Counted from the first letter of the stretch, positions 1 through 11,818 are shown. The stretch: 64,000 bases of DNA from Chloroflexota bacterium (GCA_965216245.1 OZ244145.1:2572097-2636096), one strand, 5' to 3'. The notes: generated from the letters alone by a model not told the origin. Translations and numbers: made by a program.

Positions 1-329
1 GCGTCAACTCTTGTCGTCCCCGCCTACCGATGCTGCTCAGGATGTCGCGGCTTTCATGCCTTTCACTGAGGCATCCGGCTTGATGGCGCGTACGGTTGCT
101 CAATCTCCTGATCACGCGCTGCCGTAACCAGTGACCGGGTAAAATCCGTGCAGTGTGCGCCTGCATTGAAATGCCGCTTTTCACTGATGTGGAATATACC
201 CGTAGTTGGGCAACAAGGCCGGTGCAGCCGCCTTCGCATGGATAGCCAGTAGGTGCTGGGACTTCGCACGAGGAGTCGCAGGTATACAACCTGTGCTGTC
301 CAAGAGGTGTGTGTCTAGCGCTACGGAAG

Positions 330-550
330 TCGTGCGGCGGGCAAAAGAGCGGGGGACAAGCCCCCGCGCTACAAATGGGGTTACGTGCCCCTGCAAGTCA
401 GCGTGCTTGCTCGCAGGCGCGGCAGACGAAAGAGCGGGGGACAAGCCCCCGCGCTACAAATGGGGTTACGTGCCCCTGCAAGTCAGCGTGCTTGCTCGCA
501 GGCGCGGCAGATAAAAGAGCGGGGGACAAGCCCCCGCGCTACACCTGGCT
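330..550. repeat. Tandem repeat, 85-bp unit x ~2.6 (unit starts 344/429/514). Each unit holds the family-1 hairpin AAAGAGCGGGGGACAAGCCCCCGCGCTACA.
   Basis: Direct reading: units 1 and 2 are identical except their last 3 bases. Period is 85 bp. Confidence 0.85.
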
Positions 551-590
551 ATGCGCTAACAAGATCAAGTATCTCTGAGGGGGCGGGCGC

Positions 591-1061
591 CTACTCTTCC
601 GCAAAGTCGGCGAGGGTGGGCTGCTCGACGGCGATGTAGTCGCGGCAGGCCATGATGATCGAGGCCGTGCGGCTGCCGGCGTTGAATGAAATGCGTTCGT
701 TTTCCAGCAGGCCGCGGTCTACGTAGGTGGGGAGGTCGAGCACGCTGCCGAACGGCGGCACCGCGCCGACCGGCAAGCCGGTCAATTCGCGCAATTCATC
801 CGGCGTGATCATGCGCAGATTCTTGATGCCGAATGCGCGCTTGAAGGCGCGTGTCCCCACTCGTTTGTCGGCGGGCACCACCGCCAGCACCATTGCCCCG
901 TCTGCGGCGAAGACGAGTGCTTTGGCCCCTTCACGCAGGGGCGTGCCGCGTATGTCGGCCGCTTCCTGGCTGGTCTTGACGGGTGCGTGTTCTTTGAAGG
1001 TGAAGGGTACGCCGCCACTGCGCAGCAGCGCCTGAATGCGCTCGGTTACTGGAATTGACAT
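591..1061 (-). CDS. YbaK/ProX-family aminoacyl-tRNA deacylase (Cys-tRNA(Pro)/prolyl-tRNA editing domain)
   Basis: 156-aa ORF. Family-typical segments: ITPDELRELTGLPVGAVPPFG and ISFNAGSRTASI. Confidence 0.75.
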   Translation of the reverse strand: MSIPVTERIQALLRSGGVPFTFKEHAPVKTSQEAADIRGTPLREGAKALVFAADGAMVLAVVPADKRVGTRAFKRAFGIKNLRMITPDELRELTGLPVGAVPPFGSVLDLPTYVDRGLLENERISFNAGSRTASIIMACRDYIAVEQPTLADFAEE

Positions 1062-1269
1062 AAGATTATGGATAACTCGCTAGACTTTGAGGCGGTTTGG
1101 GGGATGCATGCCGGCTCGGCGCTTCGTGCCGATAGTATACCACCGGTCGGATAGGCAAATTTAAAGCCACATCGGTGCACTTGGTAATAGCGGATGCATA
1201 ACGTTTCTGCTCCGGGCAATGCGAGATCGGACTCTTGTTTTGGCGAAACCGCACTGCCTTGGGAGAAGG

Positions 1270-1845
1270 CTACGATTGGCAGTTGGGGTGGTCGTCCCGT
1301 TCGGGTGTCCCGCTGGCGGGGAACGGCGAACCGATGGTGATGCGCTCGAAGAAGCCGGCATCGGCAGCGGTCACGTTGCACCGGTAGAAGCCCATGGCCT
1401 GAAACGTAGCCCAATCCGGTATATGGCGCCACTGCTGCAGCTCGGCATCGAAAGCGAATATGCGGACATCGTCGCCGTCGAAACGGCGTGCGAGCATGTT
1501 GGGTTCAGGCAAGCGATGGTCCAAAGGGATAGTTCCAATCGCCGCTACCGGAAAAGTTAACTGCGAGATTACAATGTCCCAAGGAATGACGTCCACCATT
1601 GGACTGTAGTGTGGAATCCAACGGCGCACGATGCGGGAATCGGCTTCATGGCGAACCACGGAATAGGTTTGGCCGAGGGTTTCATCGCGGATGAAGCCGA
1701 TGTGGTATTGTACCGAGCCGTCTGCGGAAACATAGCCGATGTCTATAAGCGTGGTAACGTCGATATCATTGGCGCCGCCGTCATCGCTGGCAGAGCTTGG
1801 CTGTTCTTGGAGTTGGAATGGTGGAGGCGGAGAAACTGGCAGCAA
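1270..1845 (-). CDS. Orphan paralog (191 aa) of the C-terminal domain of the two large membrane proteins downstream. It has no signal peptide or TM segment.
   Basis: About 55-60% identity to the last ~180 aa of ORFs 2076-3710 and 4356-6026. Shared motifs: RRWIP, IPLDH..PEPNML.RRFD.DDVRIFAFD, QWRHIP..ATFQAMGF, ERDD.PNC. Confidence 0.6.
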   Translation of the reverse strand: MLPVSPPPPFQLQEQPSSASDDGGANDIDVTTLIDIGYVSADGSVQYHIGFIRDETLGQTYSVVRHEADSRIVRRWIPHYSPMVDVIPWDIVISQLTFPVAAIGTIPLDHRLPEPNMLARRFDGDDVRIFAFDAELQQWRHIPDWATFQAMGFYRCNVTAADAGFFERITIGSPFPASGTPERDDHPNCQS

Positions 1846-2075
1846 GGTGCGATTCTTAGCGTGTGAAACTCTGTAGTATTCCGGCTGAAAGGGCTCTTCT
1901 CAAGGTTTCAACGCACTCCATAGAGCCGAGGAACACGGGATGCTGCTTCGTTCCGGATAGGCAACTACCTGGCGCGGCAGTTGATGAGGCGTATTGAACG
2001 GTGAAGGCACGGGCCCATGGGCTCGTGCCTTCGTTGGATTGCACAGGTACTGTTTTAGCGTTCGAAGGGTCTCGG

Positions 2076-3710
2076 CTACAAGTAATCCACGGGCTCTCTA
2101 TTGTGGCAGTTGGGGTAATCGTCGCGTTCGGGAGTGTCGATGACAGGAAACGCCGGGCCTTCGTTCATGCGCTCGAAGAAGGTGGCATCTGCTGAGGTAA
2201 CGTCGCACCAGAAGAAGCCCATGGCCTGGAAGGTAGCGTAGTTCGGGATGTGGCGCCACTGGAGCAGACCCGGGTCGAAAGCGAAGATACGGACGTCATC
2301 GTTGTCGAAGCGGCGGACGAGCATGTTGGGTTCTGGGGCGGTGTGGTCGAGGGGAATGGCGGAGACGACGTCAACGGGCACACTGTACTCGGTGTTGACG
2401 ATAGCCCAGGGGATTTGATAGACGTACAGGTCGTAGGGAGGTATCCAGCGGCGGACGATACAGTTGCCGCCTTCATGGCGGGCGATGTAGTAGGTTTGGC
2501 CGAGGGTTTGGTCGCGAATGATGCCGACGATGACGCGGGCGGAGGCGTCATGGGCGAACCAGCCGATACCGAATTCGATGGTGGTGCCTGGGATGTCGAG
2601 GCGTTCGAGCCAGAGGAGGTCGCCTGGGAGTTCGTAGGCCATGGCGGCGGCGGTGTTGCCGACGAGGTTTTTGACGGTAGAGCCGTCCGGAGGACGTGGA
2701 GCGCAGCCGTCAGCGGAGCGGGAGCCGCCGCCGCCACCACCTCCACCACCGCCACCGCCGCCACCACCACCGCCCCCGCCGGCGTTAGGTGCGGTACCGG
2801 GAACTTTGTCGGGATTCTGCGGCGGATCGTTATTGTCCTGCGGCGGATCGTTATTGTCCTGTGGCGGGTTGTTATTGTCCGGTGGCGGATTGTTGTCGTC
2901 CGGTGGCGGATTGTTGTCATCGGGCGGCGGATTGTTGCTAGTGTCCGGTGGATCACCACCTCTGACTTTTATGTTGAACAAAGAGACGGGCCCCATCACC
3001 CTTTTTAGTCTCTTCTTCACTTCGTAGGCAATACCTATGCTTACGTTGCCTACAGCGTCTGGATCCAACGTGACCGTAACGGAGTTTCCATGATACTCGT
3101 CCCACCAAACTTCGCCTTCGTCCTCGCAGTCATTGTCGTTGTTCTTATCGCCAGTCACGATGTGATGGTTGGTTTCGCTTAATAGAACATAGCCCAGGGA
3201 TGTCCCAGAGGAGTGGACAAGCAAGCTGTCGCCACATTCGACGCCACTCAAGCTCGTTGGGTCACCCGTAAAGCCTAGGGTGAACGACTGGCTCACTCCT
3301 GGGGAGACTGACAAATAGGCTTGATCGATAGTGTTGTATTCGAAGTCGCTAGAGGTCACGGTCAAGGTGAAGTTACCACTGCCCAGCGTGCTCCCCGCGC
3401 TGGCTGCCATGATGGCGACCAGCAGCGCGCCGGCGGGGATGATGCGCCACTTGATGCCTGTGAGCCAGTTCCACAGAATGGCCAGCAGAGTCTGCGGTAG
3501 CCTCTTCGCCGGGACGTTCGGCAGCTTGATCCGTGCCAGCCAGCAGAATAGGATTACGAGATAAGCGAGCAGGAGTAGTCCAGCAAGGGCGACTCCCCGC
3601 CTGCCGTCTGCTAACCAGTTCAGCGGAGTAACTGTCATCTTGCCTGATTTCATGGAAATTGCTTCCTCCGGTAATCTCTCTTGATCGGGGCTTCGGGAGA
3701 GCGAGTTCAA
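2076..3710 (-). CDS. Membrane-anchored repeat-linker protein, copy 1 (544 aa). Layout: TM/signal region, divergent beta-rich middle domain, PPDDNN repeats, polyGly(19), conserved uncharacterised C-terminal domain.
   Basis: Long ORF. Hydrophobic segments near the N-terminus. Coding tandem repeats. The last ~230 aa are near-identical to copy 2. Confidence 0.8.
   Translation of the reverse strand: MNSLSRSPDQERLPEEAISMKSGKMTVTPLNWLADGRRGVALAGLLLLAYLVILFCWLARIKLPNVPAKRLPQTLLAILWNWLTGIKWRIIPAGALLVAIMAASAGSTLGSGNFTLTVTSSDFEYNTIDQAYLSVSPGVSQSFTLGFTGDPTSLSGVECGDSLLVHSSGTSLGYVLLSETNHHIVTGDKNNDNDCEDEGEVWWDEYHGNSVTVTLDPDAVGNVSIGIAYEVKKRLKRVMGPVSLFNIKVRGGDPPDTSNNPPPDDNNPPPDDNNPPPDNNNPPQDNNDPPQDNNDPPQNPDKVPGTAPNAGGGGGGGGGGGGGGGGGGGSRSADGCAPRPPDGSTVKNLVGNTAAAMAYELPGDLLWLERLDIPGTTIEFGIGWFAHDASARVIVGIIRDQTLGQTYYIARHEGGNCIVRRWIPPYDLYVYQIPWAIVNTEYSVPVDVVSAIPLDHTAPEPNMLVRRFDNDDVRIFAFDPGLLQWRHIPNYATFQAMGFFWCDVTSADATFFERMNEGPAFPVIDTPERDDYPNCHNREPVDYL
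2724..2945. repeat. In-frame coding simple repeats in copy 1: a (GGN)n polyGly run at 2724-2783 and 18/21-bp PPDDNN-type tandem units at 2808-2945.
   Basis: Plus strand shows gccgccgccaccacc... and then reiterated cggcggatcgttattgtcctg units. Confidence 0.85.
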
Positions 3711-4355
3711 AGGGGTTTGGCGCCCATTACTGAGCGAAGTATTCTTGGATTGACAGAAGATACTAGAAGGACCTGGGGTAGATTGCCTGATACAGAGTCA
3801 ATAGGAATTCGCTCAGATTTACGATCGGGAATACCCTAGGAAATGAGATATGAGTAGCATGTTGGACATGAGGGAGACAAAAGCGTTTGGGGGTTGACAA
3901 GATAGGGGAAAAGTTAAGCGCAGATTCGGTTAGATATGCCGGGAATGCTTAAACTTCAATCTTTAAGCAAGGAAAACGGTAGCTAGATGGCGAAACTAGG
4001 GGGAAAGCACTTGGAGTGTTTTTCATTTTAACATAAGGGCAGTGGATATGGCAAGAGATGGGCTACCTCGGCATTGAGGGGGTTTGGCTTGACGGTTATT
4101 GAAAGCAGCGAATTCCGTGGTGGCGTAGGCAAACCTTAGGTGCGACCTTGCCGATATTCCTGCTTTCACGCTCTTTTGCTCTCTTCCCTCGTATCCCGCG
4201 ATGTCAGAGGAACGCAGTCTTCCCCTAGACCGTGCAGAAGCAGCAAATCTTCGCTGCGACCGCAGCGGCGCTTGGTGTTGGCAGGGCACGAGCCCATGGG
4301 CTCGTGCCTTCGTTAGCATTGCACGTGAAATGTATTGGCGTCGGAGGGGTCTCGG

Positions 4356-6026
<1,671 letters not shown>

Positions 6027-6592
6027 GAGACGCTAGAGGAAAATGCGATCTTGCTGAGAAACTAATCTGAATTCCAAGGAAAAAAGAGCACGGTTGCGGT
6101 AGGACATTCCGGCACAAGCTGCGTGTGCAGGCCGGATACCGATGCAAGAGGAAGTGAATGAGGCTCATGATCTTTGAATGAAGAGGCTTGGCTGAGAGCA
6201 GGTGCGCGCACTGGCGCAGACGTGAAGCCGGCGTTACCGCCGGTGCGGCTTAGGATATTGGCAAAATAATTGAGAAAAGGAAAAGCGGGAACGAACGCGT
6301 GATCGGATACCACCTAGGGTCTGAAGCCCAAGAGAAGGATGGCCCGTCTACCTCTAGAGGAGAATCGTTAGAATGAGTAGCTGAAGCAGACTCAATTCAG
6401 AAGAGAAAAGCGAAAAAGGCAGAATGGAACGTGCAATAGTGGGGCTGGTATCATTTCGTCAAGTACTATAACACAGGCCGCAAGTGAGAGCAAGCCCCCG
6501 GGTCAGTTCGCCGTCAATGAGCAGAGCAGCCTAACAATATGCGGCGGCGGGCATGTTTTTGACGATTTCAGTACTTGCTGCGTGACTTACAC

Positions 6593-7351
6593 TTAGAGCA
6601 AGCCCGCGGTGAGCCCGCCGTCGATGTGGATGACTTGACCGGTGATATAAGAGGCCACGTCACTCGTGAGGTACGAGACGAGCGCGGCGATCTCCTCCGG
6701 TCTGCCAGCGCGTTTGATGGGCAGCTTCTGCATCAGGCGGTCCATCAGGTGCGGGGGGATGTCATGGGTGAGATCGGTTGGGATGTACCCCGGCGCAATC
6801 GCATTGACCGTAATGCCTCTGCTGCCCATTTCCACGGCAGTGGAACGGGTGAATGCGACCACACCGGCCTTAGCGGCGGTGTAGTTGGCTTGGCCGGGAT
6901 TCCCCACCATCCAGCCGACCGAGGTTATGTTTATGATGCGCCCCCAGCGCTGCGCCAGCATAGGCCGCAGGGCGGCACGGGTGCAAAGGAAGGCGCCGCG
7001 CAGGTTGGTGTCTACGACAAGGTCCCAGTCGTCTTCGCTCATTTTGAGGACGAGGGTATCTTTGGTGATGCCGGCGTTATTCACCAAAACGTGGATGCTG
7101 CCGAACCGCTCCAGCGTGCGGTCGAAAACGGTTTTGACCGCGTCTGCGTCCCGCACGTCGCCGCTAACCGCCAAAGCACTGCCGCCGTCATTCTGGATTT
7201 GTGCTACGGCTTCGAGCGCGGCCTCCTCGTTTACCTGGTAGTTAATCGCTACGTTTGCGCCGGACGCAGCGAGATTGAGCGCAATCGTGCGCCCGATTCC
7301 GCGCGAGGCGCCGGTCACGAGTGCTGTCTTGCCAGAGAGGTGTTGTGCCAT
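6593..7351 (-). CDS. SDR-family 3-oxoacyl-ACP reductase (FabG-like)
   Basis: TALVTGASRGIGR glycine motif. NNAG and YxxxK (NYTAAK) are present. ATG at 7351 gives MAQHLSGK with an upstream GGAG. Confidence 0.85.
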   Translation of the reverse strand: MAQHLSGKTALVTGASRGIGRTIALNLAASGANVAINYQVNEEAALEAVAQIQNDGGSALAVSGDVRDADAVKTVFDRTLERFGSIHVLVNNAGITKDTLVLKMSEDDWDLVVDTNLRGAFLCTRAALRPMLAQRWGRIINITSVGWMVGNPGQANYTAAKAGVVAFTRSTAVEMGSRGITVNAIAPGYIPTDLTHDIPPHLMDRLMQKLPIKRAGRPEEIAALVSYLTSDVASYITGQVIHIDGGLTAGLL

Positions 7352-7489
7352 GAACTCCGCGCGTTGTAGCTGAGCTACTTTGCTGCTTTGGACGTTGGAC
7401 TGCCAGCCGAGACAGTAGATACGGGGACGCGCTCCTCCCTGCGGTGACTGCACGCCTCGTGGTGGCAGGTTTTGTGCTGAACTTCGCTG

Positions 7490-8332
7490 CTATGCCTTCT
7501 CGGCGACAACCTGCAGCCAGTAGCGGGGGACCGTTGTCAGATTCAACTCTCTGATTGCTTCCCGTATGCCGTGCTTCAGCACTGCCGCACCCACGTCCAG
7601 CGGCACGCCGGGCAAGACCCCCTCGATGAAGAGCGAATAATCGCTAATGTCCTCTATGCTCTCCAGGGTCATTTCAACTTGCTGACACTCGAGGTGGGTG
7701 ACAGTGAAGCCACTCTCGCCGAGCAGAGCCTCATATTGTTCGGGCGAAATCCAGCGCATAGCGGTGGTCTTTGCATTCTTGACAATCTTGACATTGGGAT
7801 ATTCTCGCCGCATCTGTTGCACCGCGCGCACGATCCACAAGCGGTTTGTTTTCTCTGTGATCGGGAGATAGGCGCCTTCGAAGAAGGTCGTGTTGAAGGC
7901 CAACACGCCGCCCGGATTGAGCGCCTTGCCGATTTCCTTGAAAACGGCGTGCTTATCTTCTATCAAGTGGATTGCATTGCAGAAGAAGAGCGCGTCGGCG
8001 GATGCGACAAGCTGCGATACGTTCTCCGCACTGCCGTGGAGAAACTTGACCATGGCATTCGTAACACTCTGCCGCGCCTTTTCCAGCGCCAACGGGGAAG
8101 GGTCTATTCCAAAGACCTGAGCCTTCAGGCCGAGATCCTGCACTTTAGCCAGGACCAATCGCGTGATTGCACCGGTGCCGCAACCAAGATCGACGATGCG
8201 CCGCTGTACGTTCGGATCCAGCCGCTCGAGGAAATTCAGAGCGGAATCTACAAGGTGCGTGTTGGTTTCACGATAGAAGTCATGTCGAGCAAACGGCTCA
8301 AAGGAGTAATCTGATCCTTGCGTACCACCCAT
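7490..8332 (-). CDS. Class I SAM-dependent methyltransferase
   Basis: Motif I is VDLGCGTGAITRLV. Start is ATG at 8332 with the RBS GGAGAGAGAGAGG. Confidence 0.8.
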   Translation of the reverse strand: MGGTQGSDYSFEPFARHDFYRETNTHLVDSALNFLERLDPNVQRRIVDLGCGTGAITRLVLAKVQDLGLKAQVFGIDPSPLALEKARQSVTNAMVKFLHGSAENVSQLVASADALFFCNAIHLIEDKHAVFKEIGKALNPGGVLAFNTTFFEGAYLPITEKTNRLWIVRAVQQMRREYPNVKIVKNAKTTAMRWISPEQYEALLGESGFTVTHLECQQVEMTLESIEDISDYSLFIEGVLPGVPLDVGAAVLKHGIREAIRELNLTTVPRYWLQVVAEKA

Positions 8333-8751
8333 AGAAGACCTCTCTCTCTCCGGCACAAACGCTCTCAATCCACTGGAGCGGCGCCGGATACTTTTCCTCT
8401 TCGCAGTCGGCAATAAACTCGGCAGCCGACTCTTCCACGGTTTCTGCGGTCAGTAGCGAAACCTAATTCCTCATCCTACCCTACCGCAGTAACTTCAAAC
8501 GCGTAGCATTGTCACCATTATACGGGTTTTCCGTGCAGAACGGACAGTCCCCAACCGGAGTTGTCCTTGGCGCCCAATGCCTAGAGCAAACCGGCCTGGA
8601 ACGCAATGCTACAATGGGTGCGTGGCCGCGCGCAAGGTCGGGCAACGAGAGGCCCACCGAATCGCCTAATGGTAGTGTTGCGCGTGAAGTAGCAACGTGT
8701 TCGGGCTGGGTGCGTTGCCTGCAAAAGTGGATCATAGGAGAGGATAGGCGC

Positions 8752-9939
8752 ATGAAGATCCGCTCGATAGAGGCCGTTCCGCTGCGGTGGCCTGTGCAAG
8801 GAAGCGGCCGCGAGCGACCATCGGACTACGGGACGCATGACGAGGCCCACGCCGTTATCGTGAAGATAGAGACGGATGACGGGCTTGTCGGTCACGGTGA
8901 AGTGCATCCCGGCTACGGTTATACGCGAGGCGCGTGCTGGTCTCTAAAGGCTATTGTAGAGCGAGAGCTGGGGCCGGAGATCATCGGCGAAGACCCCACG
9001 CGGCCCGAGTATATCTGGGAAAAGATGTACAACGGCCCGCGCCTGGGCATCGCGCTTACCTACGGCCAGAGCGCGCCGCGCATGGGCCGCCGCGGTGTAA
9101 CCGTTTGTGCCATGGGTGGCATTGACATGGCACTCTGGGACATTTTTTCCCGGTCGCTCGGCGTGCCGATCCATAAACTGCTGGGCGGCGGCTACCGCTC
9201 TCGGCTACCGACGTACGCGAGCGGCGGTCACGCGGCCGCCGAGGAGGCGGGAGATGAGGCGCTTGCTTACATTGCACAAGGCTTTCGCGCTGTAAAGATG
9301 CGCGTGGGCGCGATGGATGCGCCGCGCATAGTCAAGGACGGCATTGCGCGCATTCGAGCCGTGCGGGACGCTATCGGGCCCAAAAACAGGATCATGCTCG
9401 ACGCCCACGGTTCGCTCAATGAAGGCCAAGCGATCCGCTTGGCACAGGCGGCTGAGGAATATGACATTGACTGGTTTGAGGAGCCGGTGAGCAGCGATAA
9501 CTGGAAGGGCATGCGCCGTGTGCGCCAAGCAACGTCGATACCCATTTCGACCGGAGAGAACGACTTCACGCATTTCGATTTCCGTGACATAATTGCCCAT
9601 GAGGCGGCAGACATCCTGCAACCCGATTTGGCGGTGGTTGGCGGATTCACGGCGGCGCGGCGCATCGGTACACTGGCCCAAGCTGCAAACTTGCAGGTGG
9701 CGCCGCACATTTGGGGCTCGGCACTGCTCTTCTATGCCAGCTTGCAACTGGCGGCGGCCCTGCCAAATTGCCCGGTAATCGAATTCCGACAGGGCGGCAA
9801 TCCGCTCTTTTGCGACCTCATTACGCCGCCGCCTGCGATTGATAGTGAGGGCTATGTGACAGTCCCTTCAGGGCCGGGCCTGGGTGTGGACATAGACCTG
9901 GAGGCTGCCAAGCGGAGGTTTCCGTTTGAGGGAGATTAA
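8752..9939 (+). CDS. Enolase-superfamily enzyme (mandelate racemase/muconate lactonizing enzyme family dehydratase)
   Basis: MKIRSIEAVPL... opening. DAHG, DWFEEP and ISTGEN metal-ligand-region motifs. RBS is AGGAGAGGATAGG. Confidence 0.8.
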   Translation: MKIRSIEAVPLRWPVQGSGRERPSDYGTHDEAHAVIVKIETDDGLVGHGEVHPGYGYTRGACWSLKAIVERELGPEIIGEDPTRPEYIWEKMYNGPRLGIALTYGQSAPRMGRRGVTVCAMGGIDMALWDIFSRSLGVPIHKLLGGGYRSRLPTYASGGHAAAEEAGDEALAYIAQGFRAVKMRVGAMDAPRIVKDGIARIRAVRDAIGPKNRIMLDAHGSLNEGQAIRLAQAAEEYDIDWFEEPVSSDNWKGMRRVRQATSIPISTGENDFTHFDFRDIIAHEAADILQPDLAVVGGFTAARRIGTLAQAANLQVAPHIWGSALLFYASLQLAAALPNCPVIEFRQGGNPLFCDLITPPPAIDSEGYVTVPSGPGLGVDIDLEAAKRRFPFEGD

Positions 9940-10081
9940 CGCCGACTACATGGATTTCGACAGGATCTGCGTCTCCGATGAGATTGCATCTACTGGGCGG
10001 GTAGCAGACTCTGGCTTTGGAAGCACGATATCCGTGTCTCAATGGCAGAGGCCGATTGCCTGCTAAGGAGAAGAGGAAGCT

Positions 10082-11527
10082 TTGGCAACCCTAACAGGGA
10101 CGATACACGACGCGACTACGGGCAACTCGCTGGCGGCGAAGGTCTCGGTGCAAAGCAGTCATGGCAGGTTCCTCGCGCCTGACAATAGCTTGGAGACCGT
10201 CGGCACGACTAATCCGTTCTTCTATAGCGACGGCACGTTCACACTGGAGTGTCCGCGGGGACAGGTGGACGTGCACGTGGAACGCGGCACGGAATATGCG
10301 CCGCTCCACATGACCGTTGACCTCCCGCTGCAGGGCTCCGTTAACCTTGAATTGCCTCTCCAGCGCTGGATTAGCCTGCCCTCTCAGGGTCTCTATCCCG
10401 GAAATACGCACATTCACTACCGCGAATTCGAGGCCCGACCGGAGGAGCGCCTGCGCTTCGATTCCACAGTAGAAGACCTCACCGTAACTATCGTCAGTGT
10501 GTTGCAGCGCCAAGAACTGGATTATGCGACCAATCGATTCCCTGTGGGCCGCATGGAGCATCCCACCGTGCCGGATCACGTGCTGGACGTTGGTGAAGAG
10601 GCTCGCCACAATGCAACCCCGTGGGATATCGGCTACGGTCACGTGATGCTGGTGCGATTGCAGGAACAGGTCGAGCCGCTCAGTCGCGGCGTGCTAGTGG
10701 ACGAATCGGCGCCGGACTATCCGCCGCTGATCGATGCGTGCGCTACGGCGCAGGAGCAAGGCGGCGTGACGATTTGGTGCCACAACGGCCAGGGTATGGA
10801 GGCGCCCATTGCCGCCGGCCTGGGGCGTCTGGACGCTCTAAACCTCTTTGACCCCTATTGGTCGGACCCGGAGTACGACCTTTGGTACCACTTGCTGAAT
10901 TGCGGATTTCGCTTGCCGGTGAGTACCGGTTCCGATTGGTTCGTGTGCTCGGCGAACCGGGTGTACGTCCAGCTTGAGGACTCTTTCTCGTATGACTCGT
11001 GGCTTAGCGGCCTCAAGAGCGGCGCTACGTTCATTACCAACGGCCCTGCGCTCACCCTGCGCGTTGCCGGCCAACCGCCGGGACAGGTGGTGGATCTGAG
11101 CACAAGCAGGCGCAAGCAGGTGAATACCTTTGTGCGATGGCAGGCCCTGCGACCGGTGCAGCGCATCGAGCTGGTCTGCAATGGGGACGTGGTGGCGCGG
11201 GAGGAGTATAGCGAGGGTCTGCGCGAAGGTGTCTTACGCGCAAGACTGACAGTGCCCAACGATAGTTGGATCGCCGCCCGCTGCTGGGGGCGTCAGCGCG
11301 ATAGCTACGGCCACGCCCAATGGGCCCACACTAGTCCGGTCTACGTGCAAGCGGGGGGATCGAATCCGGCGACCAGAGCCTCGGCCGAGTTCTTTGTGGA
11401 GAAGATCGAGCACGCGATTGCGTGGGTTGCGACGAAGGGCCGCTTCGACCACGATGACCAACGGCAACGTATGCTGGAAATCTTCAGCACGGGCCGCGAG
11501 CAGTACGCGCGGCTTGCTCGCGGATAG
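10082..11527 (+). CDS. PHP/CehA-McbA-like metallohydrolase with an N-terminal carboxypeptidase-regulatory-like domain. TTG start.
   Basis: N-terminal TGTIHDATTGNSLAAKVSV beta-sandwich-like segment. GNTHIHY His-rich PHP-like motif. The family call is tentative. Confidence 0.55.
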   Translation: MATLTGTIHDATTGNSLAAKVSVQSSHGRFLAPDNSLETVGTTNPFFYSDGTFTLECPRGQVDVHVERGTEYAPLHMTVDLPLQGSVNLELPLQRWISLPSQGLYPGNTHIHYREFEARPEERLRFDSTVEDLTVTIVSVLQRQELDYATNRFPVGRMEHPTVPDHVLDVGEEARHNATPWDIGYGHVMLVRLQEQVEPLSRGVLVDESAPDYPPLIDACATAQEQGGVTIWCHNGQGMEAPIAAGLGRLDALNLFDPYWSDPEYDLWYHLLNCGFRLPVSTGSDWFVCSANRVYVQLEDSFSYDSWLSGLKSGATFITNGPALTLRVAGQPPGQVVDLSTSRRKQVNTFVRWQALRPVQRIELVCNGDVVAREEYSEGLREGVLRARLTVPNDSWIAARCWGRQRDSYGHAQWAHTSPVYVQAGGSNPATRASAEFFVEKIEHAIAWVATKGRFDHDDQRQRMLEIFSTGREQYARLARG

Positions 11528-11683
11528 GCGCAATGACAGTTCATGTCAATCCTGTAAGTGTCAGGTATTTCGTTGACAGAATCCCCTTCAAACTCGGCAG
11601 TGTTGGCAGATCATGTCATTCCGAGCGGAGCGAGGAATCTAGAGCGCCTGACCACTTTCCTTCCCGAACTCGCTCTTCATTGT

Positions 11684-11818
11684 GACTGTCAGGGGGCAGC
11701 GCGGGAGCTAAAGGCCTTCTTAGGGTAGCGTGCCTGAAGTGCAGAGCGGATGGATTCCCGCTTTCGCGGGAATGACGGTCCAGGATGCCGATTACTTTTC
11801 GCACCGATGGCGACCACG
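11684..11818. repeat. 135-bp dispersed element, copy 1. Contains the family-2 hairpin GGATTCCCGCTTTCGCGGGAATGAC. It is preceded at 11615-11639 by a related GTCATTCCGAGCGGAGCGAGGAATC hairpin.
   Basis: About 99% identical to 11961-12097. Confidence 0.85.

Noticed and set aside
330-550. Possible CRISPR array (regularly spaced 30-bp hairpin repeat)
   Set aside because: The intervening sequences are identical between units. It is an 85-bp tandem repeat, not repeat-spacer, and the same hairpin occurs as dispersed single copies.
2165-3027. Overlapping ORFs on both strands inside paralog copy 1 (e.g. 2165-2959 minus, 2250-3008 plus, 2641-3027 plus). The same pattern occurs at 4445-5388 in copy 2.
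   Set aside because: They are frame shadows over a GC-rich, repeat-containing coding region. PolyPro and polyThr/Arg strings arise from alternative frames of the polyGly/PPDNN repeats.
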